From the IMG/VR virus record IMGVR_UViG_3300025626_000022: a stretch of 20,000 bases of DNA, one strand, 5' to 3'. The stretch comes from an uncultured virus (IMG/VR IMGVR_UViG_3300025626_000022). Lineage: Duplodnaviria; Heunggongvirae; Uroviricota; Caudoviricetes; Crassvirales. The position numbers and the translations under genes were made by a program. Of this stretch, positions 1 through 8,946 are shown piece by piece (within the stretch, counting starts at the first letter, position 1; every line of letters begins with the position of its first letter). A model generated the notes under the pieces. That model was not told the origin of the DNA. It saw only the letters and a list, made by a program, of their open reading frames with translations, and ran no database searches.

Positions 1-584
1 ATTAGAACATTAGAGTTAACAGGTCGACCTGCTCTATTAGGCGTTTGTTGCTCAGGTGCAGGAATTCCACTCATGTTGTTTTGCTGCATGCCAGCATCTC
101 CTTCAACGGCTAAAGTATTAGGATTTATATATTTTAAGGCAGAGCCTTTAAAGTCTTGTTGTTCCATTTTATTGTTTTTTATCAAAAATTCTTTTTTATT
201 AGCTTTTCTATCTATTAAGTTAGCTGTTTTTTCGTTTTGTCTTTTAATTTTTTTAGCTTGAGGTATTGCTTTTTTTATTTTAACTCTAGTAGCTCTAGAT
301 TCGTCTTTTATAGCTTTATTATCTATCTTAGATTGTATTTTTTGCTCTTTAAATCTACTTTTAGCTTTTGTAAGTTTTTTATGTAGACCAGGCTGATAAA
401 CTTTGCTTTCTTTTTTTAATTTTTCAGCAGTTGGATTACCTCCATCATCGCTAGTTCCTTCTACAACTCCTTCTTCGTTTAGAGAGGCAAAAGTAAGAGG
501 TTGAGCATTAGTCTTCGCAAAAGAAGCTGATACACTTCCAGGGCTTGAGTAAGAATTTTTAAAAAATGGACTATTTTTTTTCAT
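1..584 (-). CDS. Lys-rich hypothetical protein, partial (runs off window start); possible internal virion protein
   Basis: Not in ORF track because it has no stop in the window. Manual translation from ATG at 584: MKKNSPFFKNSYSSPGSVSASFAK...KKLTKAKSRFKEQKIQSKIDNK...AGRPVNSNVL, open to the window edge; starts 1 nt after the stop of 586..1029. Confidence 0.8.
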   Translation of the reverse strand, partial: MKKNSPFFKNSYSSPGSVSASFAKTNAQPLTFASLNEEGVVEGTSDDGGNPTAEKLKKESKVYQPGLHKKLTKAKSRFKEQKIQSKIDNKAIKDESRATRVKIKKAIPQAKKIKRQNEKTANLIDRKANKKEFLIKNNKMEQQDFKGSALKYINPNTLAVEGDAGMQQNNMSGIPAPEQQTPNRAGRPVNSNVL

Positions 585-585
585 T

Positions 586-1029
586 TTATCTTTTTTTATC
601 TTTGTTTAAATCTAATATAGATTTATATAATACTTTATCCATATAAGTTTCTTTTCTCATTATACTGTTTTTAGAATTCATAGGTATATCTTCTTCGCCT
701 AATATTATTCTATATACTCTTGAAAGCATTTGTTTAAACTTTAATGATGTTTTGTATATGTGATATTTTTGAGTTGTTCTATTTCTTTTTCTAAAAATTA
801 CTATCCAGTCTTCTTGAAACAGTCTACTCCATCTTCTATTATCCCAACTGTAGGAATAACATCCGTCTTTGAAATCTTGTTTGTTAAAATATTGTAAAGA
901 ATCTAAATATATTAAAAGTTCAAAATCAGACTCTCTTATATTGTAATTTCTTTTAACCCATTTTCTTATTATTCTATAATGTTTAAATAAGTTTAAATCC
1001 TTAAGATCAGATGATGTCAGTTTTCTCAT
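586..1029 (-). CDS. Hypothetical protein, possible winged-helix (MarR-like) fold
   Basis: 147 aa ORF coupled to groES by an ATGA overlap. The pattern 'IRESDFELLIYL...RRWSRLFQEDWIVIFRKR...IYKTS' resembles wHTH proteins (inference only). Confidence 0.55.
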   Translation of the reverse strand: MRKLTSSDLKDLNLFKHYRIIRKWVKRNYNIRESDFELLIYLDSLQYFNKQDFKDGCYSYSWDNRRWSRLFQEDWIVIFRKRNRTTQKYHIYKTSLKFKQMLSRVYRIILGEEDIPMNSKNSIMRKETYMDKVLYKSILDLNKDKKR

Positions 1030-1286
1030 AAGATGATTACTACATCTTGTTCTTTAATAACTTTAAACTCATCTTCACCTATCTCAACACTAAAACCTGC
1101 GTGACGATCATAGTAAATTTCATCTTTTTCTTTAATAGCTATAACTTCAGAACCCACATTGATGACTATAGCTTTTCTATATCTAATATCTTCTCTATTA
1201 CTTTCATCTAATATTAAACCACCATTTGTTTTTTTGGTGGTTTTATTATCTTTCTCAATTATTATATATTTTCCTACTGCTCTCAT
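1026..1286 (-). CDS. groES: Co-chaperonin GroES (Cpn10), phage-encoded
   Basis: 86 aa; MRAVGKYIIIE start, mobile loop KTNGGLIL, AIVINVG, VIKEQDVV C-terminus; ATGA-coupled to groEL. Confidence 0.92.
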   Translation of the reverse strand: MRAVGKYIIIEKDNKTTKKTNGGLILDESNREDIRYRKAIVINVGSEVIAIKEKDEIYYDRHAGFSVEIGEDEFKVIKEQDVVIIL

Positions 1287-2821
1287 GCTCTTAAATTATT
1301 AATAACACAATCAGTTGATATAATAGTTGTAGCTACTGAAGCCGCGTTTCTTAATGCACTTTTAGTAACTAGTAGTGGATCTATTATTCCGGACTTTACC
1401 ATATTTACCGTTTCGCCTGTAACCACATTTAATCCTGTACCATTTACTGTAGGAGTTTGATAATTTTCAATTCCAGCATTAGACAGTATAGTTTTATAGG
1501 GATGTTGAATAGCTTTTAATAAAACTTCTTCAGACTTTGAATCAGCTTTTACATCTAAAGATGCATTTAATAAAGCAATGCCACCACCTGGCACTATACC
1601 TTCTTTTAACGCGGCTTTTGTAGCACATATAGCATCTTCTACTCTGTCTCGCTTTTCTTTTAATTCTATTTCTGAATTAGCACCGACTTTAACAACTGCT
1701 ACCTTAGCTTTTAACCTTGAAATTCTTTTTTCTAAACTATCTTTTATAAAACCTTTAGTAGTCTTGTTGTATTGATCTTCTAAATCTTTAGTTAATTCAA
1801 CAACCTCTTCACTTTTAGTATCTATCTGTATTATAGTTTCTACCGTACTACTAACTGATTTTTTACACTTACCTAAATATTTAATATCTATTAAATCTAA
1901 ATCATCTCCTAAATCCTCACTTATGACTTTGGCTCCAGTTAACAAGCTTAAATCATCTAGTGTACTTTTTCTATTAGCTCCGTAAGTTGGAGCTGCTATA
2001 ATGTTTACTTTTATATTGCCTTTAATTTTGTTCATAGCTAAAGCGCTACTAACTTGAGGCTCTACGTCTGCTATTATCAATAGTTGTAGTTGGTTCTTAA
2101 TTACGTGCTCTAAAATATTTTGTATTTTTCTAATGTTTTCTATTGGAGAGTCAACTATTAAAACTAAGCAATCATTAAGCTCTGCTTCGTTTTTAGCTTT
2201 ATTAGTTACAAAATGTGGATTTGAAAAACCTTGTTCGTATTGAATCCCCTCTATTGTTTCTACTTTAGTATTTGGCTCGTCGTGAGTTTCCATTATTACT
2301 AAACCGTCTTTACCTACGGAACTAAAAGCCTTGTGTATTACTTTACCTAGTTCTTTGTCGTTATTAGCTGATATTGTAGCTACTTGTTCTATATTACTCT
2401 TTCTAACTTTTGAAGAGTTTTTTTCAAGATATTGCACTACTTTTTTAACAGCTTTATTAATTCCAATTTTTAATTCTCTAGGATTTAATTCTTTAAATTT
2501 AGAAGCTTCTTGAAGTATAGCACACGCTAGAACCGTGGCGGTAGTTGTGCCATCTCCTGCTTCTTTAACGGTTTTTCTAGCTGCTTCTTTAATTAATTTA
2601 GCACCCATATTTTCAACAGGATCTAAAAGTATAATACTATTAGCAACTGTAACACCGTCTTTTGTTATTTGAGGATCTCCATTTTGGTTTTCCATTATAA
2701 CACATTTGCCGCTAGCCCCTAAAGTGGAGCTAACAGCTTTTGTGAGAGTTTCTATTCCTTGGAATATTTTGTTTTTAGCATTTTCACCGAAGTTTAAATG
2801 CTTTACAATTGTCTCGTTCAT
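1283..2821 (-). CDS. groEL: Chaperonin GroEL (Cpn60), phage-encoded
   Basis: 512 aa; ITKDGVTVA, AGDGTTTATVLA ATP-binding motif, ATISANND, EKRDRVEDA, GIVPGGGIAL, GIIDP..VTKSAL.NAASVA; lacks the bacterial C-terminal GGM tail. Confidence 0.98.
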   Translation of the reverse strand: MNETIVKHLNFGENAKNKIFQGIETLTKAVSSTLGASGKCVIMENQNGDPQITKDGVTVANSIILLDPVENMGAKLIKEAARKTVKEAGDGTTTATVLACAILQEASKFKELNPRELKIGINKAVKKVVQYLEKNSSKVRKSNIEQVATISANNDKELGKVIHKAFSSVGKDGLVIMETHDEPNTKVETIEGIQYEQGFSNPHFVTNKAKNEAELNDCLVLIVDSPIENIRKIQNILEHVIKNQLQLLIIADVEPQVSSALAMNKIKGNIKVNIIAAPTYGANRKSTLDDLSLLTGAKVISEDLGDDLDLIDIKYLGKCKKSVSSTVETIIQIDTKSEEVVELTKDLEDQYNKTTKGFIKDSLEKRISRLKAKVAVVKVGANSEIELKEKRDRVEDAICATKAALKEGIVPGGGIALLNASLDVKADSKSEEVLLKAIQHPYKTILSNAGIENYQTPTVNGTGLNVVTGETVNMVKSGIIDPLLVTKSALRNAASVATTIISTDCVINNLRA

Positions 2822-2854
2822 TTAATTTAATTTGATATGATTTGTTTTGAATAT

Positions 2855-3145
2855 TTACTCGAAGGTTTTAACTACTTTCGGTCCTTTGGTAAACTCTAGC
2901 TTTTTAGCATAATGTTCAATAGAAGCATCTATTGCTTGTTCTGCTCCAGCTATTGTTTCTCTTCTGGTAACATCGATCCAGTCATCTGAGTCGATAGATT
3001 TATATTCGGTTTGTAGAAACCCATTAGGTAGTTGTACTATTCTCCAGTTTTTCTTTTCTGAAATATGTTTCCAGTACTTAATAGTTTCTTCATTTGGTTG
3101 TGGCGCACTAGACCACGTATTGGTGCGGGTATATAAAAACGTCAT
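2855..3145 (-). CDS. Hypothetical protein upstream of groEL
   Basis: 96 aa ORF, co-oriented with groEL, A-rich upstream region, Trp-rich (WRIVQLPNGFLQTEY, WIDVTRRET). Confidence 0.75.
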   Translation of the reverse strand: MTFLYTRTNTWSSAPQPNEETIKYWKHISEKKNWRIVQLPNGFLQTEYKSIDSDDWIDVTRRETIAGAEQAIDASIEHYAKKLEFTKGPKVVKTFE

Positions 3146-3204
3146 TTTATTTGGTTTTAAGTTAAACGTTGGTTATTTATATTATCACTTGATAATTCGG
3201 TTAT

Positions 3205-5052
3205 TTAAGCTTCTAACGCTTCAATTCTTGCGGTTAATTCTTTTATTGCTCCTACTAATAGTGGAACTAGCTTGCTTTGGTCGATACCTTGATATATAGG
3301 ATTGCCTTGGTCGTCAACCGCGTCTTTTTCTCCGTGTATTGCTTCTGGAATAATACTAGAAACTTCGTGAGCTAAAAATCCATCTACAACATCGCTGTCT
3401 GTTTCTGATATAAAGTTAAACCTACTTGGTTTTAGTTGTTTGACTCTATCGACCGATCCAGTCATTTCAACTACATTTTCTTTTAATCTATAGTCAGAAG
3501 ATGTATTAAATGCTGTAGCTGAGTTAGTCATAGTTATACTACCTACATTCGTAGTACCACTTACTGACTGTGTGAAGTTCATAGCATAACCACTTACCCC
3601 ATTTGTTCTAAGTACCTTTATGCCTTCATTATACGGACCTAAATTTATATTAATTGCTCTAGCTCCTTGACCGCCAGCAGGTGCTAAAGATATACAATTT
3701 TCAGAGCCCTGTGAAGGACCTTGAGAATCTATTATATTTAATGTAGCTCCTAAGCCTGAAGGATCCTGATTTCCAGATCCTCTTATACTCAAAGATTTTG
3801 ATGTGTTATTGTAAACTAAAGAACTATCCGCCGTAACCGAATTGGTTCCATTACCTCTAGGTATTTGGCCTGAATTTATACTAACTAAGCCTGTTCCTCC
3901 GTTTGCTACAGGTATAGGACTTGTAATACTTACAACCTTTGCACTTCCAGAACCAGTAACAGAAATAGGTGATGTTCCAGTAACGGCTGAAATAGGTAAA
4001 TTGATCCATTCTAATTGGTATGGTGAAGATCCTAGTGTTTTAGGCGCTCCTAGATATTGACTTTCTACAGTTGGTGCGTTTGGAAGCTTTATTACATAGT
4101 CAGCTGGAGTTCCAGCTCCTGGCCCTTCTATAGTTACTTTTGAATTTAATCCATCTTTAACTGCTACGCCTCCATTAATTACAAAAAAACTTCCATTTCT
4201 AACCTTGGTTTCTGTAGAATCAAAGTATTCTAAATTAGAGTCTTGAAGCTCACCAGCACTGTCAACAAAAGGAATTCTTTTTGCTGTTATTTGACTTTGG
4301 TAGTTAGTACCAAGCTCTACAGTTGCACCATTATTTGATGATGTGGCTGTAATACTACCACCAACATTTAAGACTGTTGTTTTATTAGTAAAAGTTGCAA
4401 CTTGAAGCGCATTAGAAACAAGCTCTACAGTTGTGCCATTATTTGATGATGTAGCTGTAAGATTACCACCAACATTTAAGGTTGTTGTGTTATTAGTAAA
4501 AGTTCCAATTTGAAGCGAGGAAGCATCTTCCCACCGACAAAGTGAACCAGTAGATGTTAAAACTTGACCATCTCCTCCTTTGCTACCTTGATAATCAATT
4601 AAAGCACCATCTCCAGCCGGCGCTCCACCAGTTCCTCCAAGTTGTATATTGCCTGTCCAAATTCCACCAGTTCCTTCAATCTTAAAATATTCGTCATTGA
4701 AATTACTGCCATCATTGCCCGCGTGCTGAGACATTACAGAATTACCTATAGTGCTGCTAGAACCAGTTGGTCCAGAAAATATAGATACGTTTCCAGAAGT
4801 TCCAGGTCCAACAGTACCACCACCACCAGAGTAATTAGGCACATTTAACACATTACCACTACTTAATGTTGCTTCTCCTGAAGTTCCTGCTGTTGTTAAA
4901 GATAAAGGAGAACCATTTATTAACGTTTTTAACTGTTGAACTGTAGCTTGTTTTGTTCTTTTTGCTGGATCTTGAGTGACATTGTCAGTTATTAATACAG
5001 AATCTGACAATGACAGTGTTGATATTTGAGGATATGTGTAAATTATTGCCAT
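3205..5052 (-). CDS. Tail fibre/spike protein with C-terminal Peptidase_S74 intramolecular chaperone
   Basis: 615 aa, G/S/T-rich; PVANGGTG fibre motif; C-terminal TSSDYRLKENV...GFLAHEV...PEAI.GEKD...IDQSKLVPLLVGAIKEL coiled coil typical of S74 domains. Confidence 0.9.
   Translation of the reverse strand: MAIIYTYPQISTLSLSDSVLITDNVTQDPAKRTKQATVQQLKTLINGSPLSLTTAGTSGEATLSSGNVLNVPNYSGGGGTVGPGTSGNVSIFSGPTGSSSTIGNSVMSQHAGNDGSNFNDEYFKIEGTGGIWTGNIQLGGTGGAPAGDGALIDYQGSKGGDGQVLTSTGSLCRWEDASSLQIGTFTNNTTTLNVGGNLTATSSNNGTTVELVSNALQVATFTNKTTVLNVGGSITATSSNNGATVELGTNYQSQITAKRIPFVDSAGELQDSNLEYFDSTETKVRNGSFFVINGGVAVKDGLNSKVTIEGPGAGTPADYVIKLPNAPTVESQYLGAPKTLGSSPYQLEWINLPISAVTGTSPISVTGSGSAKVVSITSPIPVANGGTGLVSINSGQIPRGNGTNSVTADSSLVYNNTSKSLSIRGSGNQDPSGLGATLNIIDSQGPSQGSENCISLAPAGGQGARAININLGPYNEGIKVLRTNGVSGYAMNFTQSVSGTTNVGSITMTNSATAFNTSSDYRLKENVVEMTGSVDRVKQLKPSRFNFISETDSDVVDGFLAHEVSSIIPEAIHGEKDAVDDQGNPIYQGIDQSKLVPLLVGAIKELTARIEALEA
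4311..4517 (-). repeat. Intragenic 108-bp (36 aa) imperfect tandem duplication in tail fibre gene
   Basis: CAAGCTCTACAGTTG... starts at 4311 and 4419. Protein: LQIGTFTNNTTTLNVGGNLTATSSNNGTTVEL / LQVATFTNKTTVLNVGGSITATSSNNGATVEL. Confidence 0.92.
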
Positions 5053-5063
5053 TTTTGTTTATT

Positions 5064-6089
5064 TTAGTCGTTTCTTTTTACAACGTACTTGCCTTTTTTG
5101 TCTTTTTTCACATTAGAATAATCTTGGACACTTAATTGAGGGTAATTTTTAGGATTATTACCTTTATTTTTAAATTTAGACTCAAAATCGTCTTCACTTA
5201 CCATGTCACCAACATTGTACTTGTCAAAACCTCTAACAGTATCACCTTGTACCATCTTACTTTTGGGTTTTCCAGGTCCACCATTCATATTAAGTGGTGA
5301 ATGACTGCTGCCTTTCATATGTCTTAACACTTTGCTTGCTCCCATGTGTGATAAAGCTTTAGGCTCTTGGTCAATTACAGGTCCACCATAAGATAAGTCT
5401 CTTGACATATTCATAGGAGATTCTTTTTTTCCGTACATTTTAGCAGGTGAAGCTTCTATTTTAGCTTTTAACTCAGGTGGTAAGTTGTTTTGTTTTCCAA
5501 CTAGCTCCTTTTCAAGAGGTGATTTTTTACCATACATATTCATGGGTGATTTATCATCAGCTCTTTCATTTTCTAAATAATGTAATCTAGCCGATGCTGA
5601 TAAATTCTTATTGTAAGCTTCTTTGTTGTCATAAGCTTTGCCAGTCATTTTAGCTGGAGATTCTGATCTTTTCACTTTAATATCTTTTGCAGATACTGTT
5701 TTAGCTCCTTTTGCATCTCTTCTACCTTTTCTAGCAATTTTTTTACTATCACCGCCTTGTCCAGCAACATTTGTAGATTTAAGTTGTTTTTTTACAGTAC
5801 CATCTTTTTTATACTTAGTGTAGCTTCTTGTAGAAGGATCTTTTACATCAACTTCAACTGCTTTAGTTTTTAAATTTCTAGGCGAAGCAGAATATCTAGT
5901 TTCTTTTTTAGTTGAACCTTTGTAAGTTCCTTTTTTATCAAAACCTGCATTGCCTCGTCTGCTTGTTGTTTCTGACTTTAAAGTACCATCTTTTCTATAT
6001 ACTTTTACGCTTCTTTTCTTTTCAGCTGCAGTATTACTTGATGTTACTACTTTCTTTTTTGTTTTTTTATTGACTGGTGATTTTTTCAT
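5064..6089 (-). CDS. Basic low-complexity protein with repeated SPxx(M/K) motifs; possible internal virion/DNA-binding protein
   Basis: 341 aa, very Lys-rich; eight SP motifs (SPVNK, SPRNL, SPAKM x2, SPMNM x2, SPLEK, SPLNM) and MYGKK x2. Confidence 0.7.
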   Translation of the reverse strand: MKKSPVNKKTKKKVVTSSNTAAEKKRSVKVYRKDGTLKSETTSRRGNAGFDKKGTYKGSTKKETRYSASPRNLKTKAVEVDVKDPSTRSYTKYKKDGTVKKQLKSTNVAGQGGDSKKIARKGRRDAKGAKTVSAKDIKVKRSESPAKMTGKAYDNKEAYNKNLSASARLHYLENERADDKSPMNMYGKKSPLEKELVGKQNNLPPELKAKIEASPAKMYGKKESPMNMSRDLSYGGPVIDQEPKALSHMGASKVLRHMKGSSHSPLNMNGGPGKPKSKMVQGDTVRGFDKYNVGDMVSEDDFESKFKNKGNNPKNYPQLSVQDYSNVKKDKKGKYVVKRND

Positions 6090-6116
6090 TTTAAATTTGT
6101 TGTTTGTTGTTTTTTT

Positions 6117-6521
6117 TTAATTTTTTAAGCAATCGTAAGTAGATGATACTTGACCACCTGATGTAACTTCCATTACTTTTTCATTAGCCATTTTATAAGA
6201 GCCTGTTCCAAGAACTGTACTACAACCGCTATCAGTGTAAACATTATCTCCAGCTACTGGAAAACTACCAGATCCATTATGGTATAAAGTATCTTCTGGT
6301 TCCCCTTCACAAGGTTCTTTTGATGACCTTGAAGTACTAGTAAAAGCAGTACAGGTACTAGCTGATTGTCCATAAAAATCATTTGCTAGTTCTATATTAC
6401 TAGTTACTGTAGGAGTTGGTAACGTAGATCCAAAAGTGTACAAAGACATATTAGTACTACCTTGGCTAAATTCTGTAGCTATATCTTGCATTGATAATGG
6501 GCCTGAACTAGGTAATGCCAT
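6117..6521 (-). CDS. Small virion protein following S74 fibre gene; putative fibre-tip adhesin
   Basis: 134 aa starting MALPSSGPLSMQDIATEF, a type of N-terminus commonly found directly downstream of S74 fibre genes; 1-nt stop/start overlap with 6521..7408; four Cys. Confidence 0.6.
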   Translation of the reverse strand: MALPSSGPLSMQDIATEFSQGSTNMSLYTFGSTLPTPTVTSNIELANDFYGQSASTCTAFTSTSRSSKEPCEGEPEDTLYHNGSGSFPVAGDNVYTDSGCSTVLGTGSYKMANEKVMEVTSGGQVSSTYDCLKN

Positions 6522-7408
6522 TATATTAATCTTTTTAAGCCATCAACTTGTTTTGATAAGTCTTTTATAGCTTCTATTAGTAGTGGTACAATTTTTTCAT
6601 ACTTAACAGCTTTATAACCGCTATCTCTAGTAGTAACCACATCTGGTAGTATTTTTTCTATTTCTTGAGCTATAACACCTATATCATGTCCACTATTGCC
6701 GTGAACCTCTTCTTTTTCTATCCAGTCAAACTCTATACCTTGTATACTATTAACTTTATCTAAAGCTTTATCAATAGTTTTAATATTATCTTTTAATCTA
6801 ATGTCAGAAGTAGAAAAAGCTACAACATCATTAGCTGCATCTATTCTACCTACTGTTGTTGATGGTGTGATAGCGCCAACTGCTAGGGAAATTGTAGATT
6901 TTAATGCTCCAGTGCTAGTTATAGAAACTCTTGAATTAGTATTGTTAGTTCCAAAATTTATACTACCACTACCTGCTGCAGTTACAAAAAACATTGATCT
7001 GTTAGCTGCAGTCTGTATCATATTAAATTGATTATCTCCCTCTATAGAAAACTCAAAGCCAGAATTAGCGTTAGCTACAAACTTAGTACATTCCATAGTA
7101 CCAGTTGTTTCTAATGTTGTTCCATCAAAAGTTAAAGCAGATTCACCGTTTAGAGCTGTAGCGCTAGAAAAAGTAGCTACTCTATTATTAGATCCATTAG
7201 CCGATGTTACTGTCCCTGTATTCGTTGTATAACCTTCCCCGTTTGTTAATTGATTATTGTTTGTTGGTATAGTGGTACTATTAAAGGCGTTTGAACCTAG
7301 TTCTCTAGTCCCAACAACATTTGATGGATTAATCATCAAAGCAGTTGCTTCACTACCTTGTGCTGGTAGACCATCAATAGATATTCCGTCTAAAAAATTT
7401 ATTGCCAT
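6521..7408 (-). CDS. Short tail fibre with C-terminal Peptidase_S74 chaperone domain
   Basis: 295 aa; STSDIRLKDNI...GIEFDW...DIGVIAQEIEKILPDVV...AVKYEKIVPLLIEAIKDL; IPTNNNQLTN..GY fibre motif. Confidence 0.9.
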   Translation of the reverse strand: MAINFLDGISIDGLPAQGSEATALMINPSNVVGTRELGSNAFNSTTIPTNNNQLTNGEGYTTNTGTVTSANGSNNRVATFSSATALNGESALTFDGTTLETTGTMECTKFVANANSGFEFSIEGDNQFNMIQTAANRSMFFVTAAGSGSINFGTNNTNSRVSITSTGALKSTISLAVGAITPSTTVGRIDAANDVVAFSTSDIRLKDNIKTIDKALDKVNSIQGIEFDWIEKEEVHGNSGHDIGVIAQEIEKILPDVVTTRDSGYKAVKYEKIVPLLIEAIKDLSKQVDGLKRLI

Positions 7409-7432
7409 TTAATTTAATTTAATTGTATTTTT

Positions 7433-8938
7433 TTAACCTATTTTTTGGACTAAGCATCTTATATTTGCTGAAGCAGCTGTTGTAACTACAACTTGGTTAA
7501 CGCTTGTTCTGTCTACAGAAGCATATACTGTTTCATTATTTGTAAGATCGTACACTTGAACTATAACATCAAGAGTGTTAAGGTTATGGTTAAAAGTGTG
7601 TGTAGTTCCAGAAGAGCTAGTACCCGCGAAAGAGTTTTTACTTCTAAAATAATCTGCCATTAACTGTGAAGTGATACTAAAGTTTCCTTGTGTATTTACC
7701 GAGCCTTGAAACATTGCAAATTTATCGTCGTCTGCTAAAACTGTAGCTAATGAAAGGCTCTTTATATTGAATCCCACTGTAGCTGTTCCATTAGAATAAG
7801 AAAGTGATAAACCTTCATCGTTGGTGGAAGTACTAGCATTAACGTTGCCAATACCAACTGTCGATGCTGTTGCTAAGTCAGTGTCAGATTGTATTACTGC
7901 AAAGTCACCTTCTACGGATGCTCCAGCAGCAGCAGCAGTTTGAACTAATACTGAATCACCAGGCGTTAAAGGAGTAGCAGCATTGCCAAAGAAATCACCT
8001 GCAACAGTTACTACATAGTAATCACCTATTGCAATAGCAACTCTAGAACCACCACTTGTTAAATTACCACCACTAACTATAGCACCAGTGGTAGCGTTAA
8101 ATCCACCTTTTACATTTAAACCACCTGCAACCGCAGAATCAACATAAGCCTTTGTAGCGGCGTCTTGAGCTGCAGACGGATCAGTAACATTATTAATTAA
8201 GTTGCTATCCATATCTATAGCTGCTGTTGCAGCTGCCCAAGATGATATAGGTATAGAATTAGCTGTAATTTTCCTAGCGTGTATTCCCCCTGGAGCTGCA
8301 CTAAAGTCGTGTACAGCTAGTACATCTTTTCCTGCATCAAAAGTACCAGAGTAACTTGCTAAATCAAGAATATTAAGATTAAACGAAACAGTGTCTGTTG
8401 CCGATGCTACTGTGTCTATACCACCGTTACTAGCGCCTAATAAAGATACTGTATCGTCATTTTCTATAGTTTGTGTTGTACCTGAGTCACCTGAAAGTTC
8501 AAAAGAATTCATTGTGCCACTGCTACCACTAGCAGCTGATGTAAGTCTACCTTGAGCATCTACAGTTATATTTGCGCTTGTATAACTTCCAGCTGATACA
8601 GCTGTATCGTCTAAGTTAATTGTTACTGTTCCAGTTGGAGAAGGCGAACTAGCTGAAGTGCTTATGCCTGTACCTCCTGTAAAATCTAATGTAACGCCAC
8701 TTGATACGTTGTAACTAGTTCCTGCGTCTGCTTGAACAGTCCATCCAGTATATGTTCCAGCTGATGGATCTATCCAATCTGTACCATCGTAGTATTTAAA
8801 CTTGTTTGCTGTTGAGTTGTATATCATTTGTCCAGATACTGGAGCGGATACATTCGCGTCTGCAGTTTCCACTTGTAATCTAGCTCCAAGAAGCTGATTT
8901 TGGTTAAATTGAACGTTGTCTAAAAAATTTATTGCCAT
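7433..8938 (-). CDS. Tail fibre / structural protein
   Basis: 501 aa; GQMIYNST..KFKYYDG..W, AGSYTSANITVDAQGRLTSA, INNVTDPSAAQDAATKAYVD, KGGFNAT..GDYYVV fibre motifs; C-terminal HNLNTLDVIVQVYD domain. Confidence 0.85.
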   Translation of the reverse strand: MAINFLDNVQFNQNQLLGARLQVETADANVSAPVSGQMIYNSTANKFKYYDGTDWIDPSAGTYTGWTVQADAGTSYNVSSGVTLDFTGGTGISTSASSPSPTGTVTINLDDTAVSAGSYTSANITVDAQGRLTSAASGSSGTMNSFELSGDSGTTQTIENDDTVSLLGASNGGIDTVASATDTVSFNLNILDLASYSGTFDAGKDVLAVHDFSAAPGGIHARKITANSIPISSWAAATAAIDMDSNLINNVTDPSAAQDAATKAYVDSAVAGGLNVKGGFNATTGAIVSGGNLTSGGSRVAIAIGDYYVVTVAGDFFGNAATPLTPGDSVLVQTAAAAGASVEGDFAVIQSDTDLATASTVGIGNVNASTSTNDEGLSLSYSNGTATVGFNIKSLSLATVLADDDKFAMFQGSVNTQGNFSITSQLMADYFRSKNSFAGTSSSGTTHTFNHNLNTLDVIVQVYDLTNNETVYASVDRTSVNQVVVTTAASANIRCLVQKIG

Positions 8939-8946
8939 CTTGTTTA

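Noticed and set aside
4311..4517. DGR template/variable repeat pair
   Set aside because: Adjacent in-frame tandem copies in mid-gene, differences not restricted to adenines, and no reverse transcriptase in the window.
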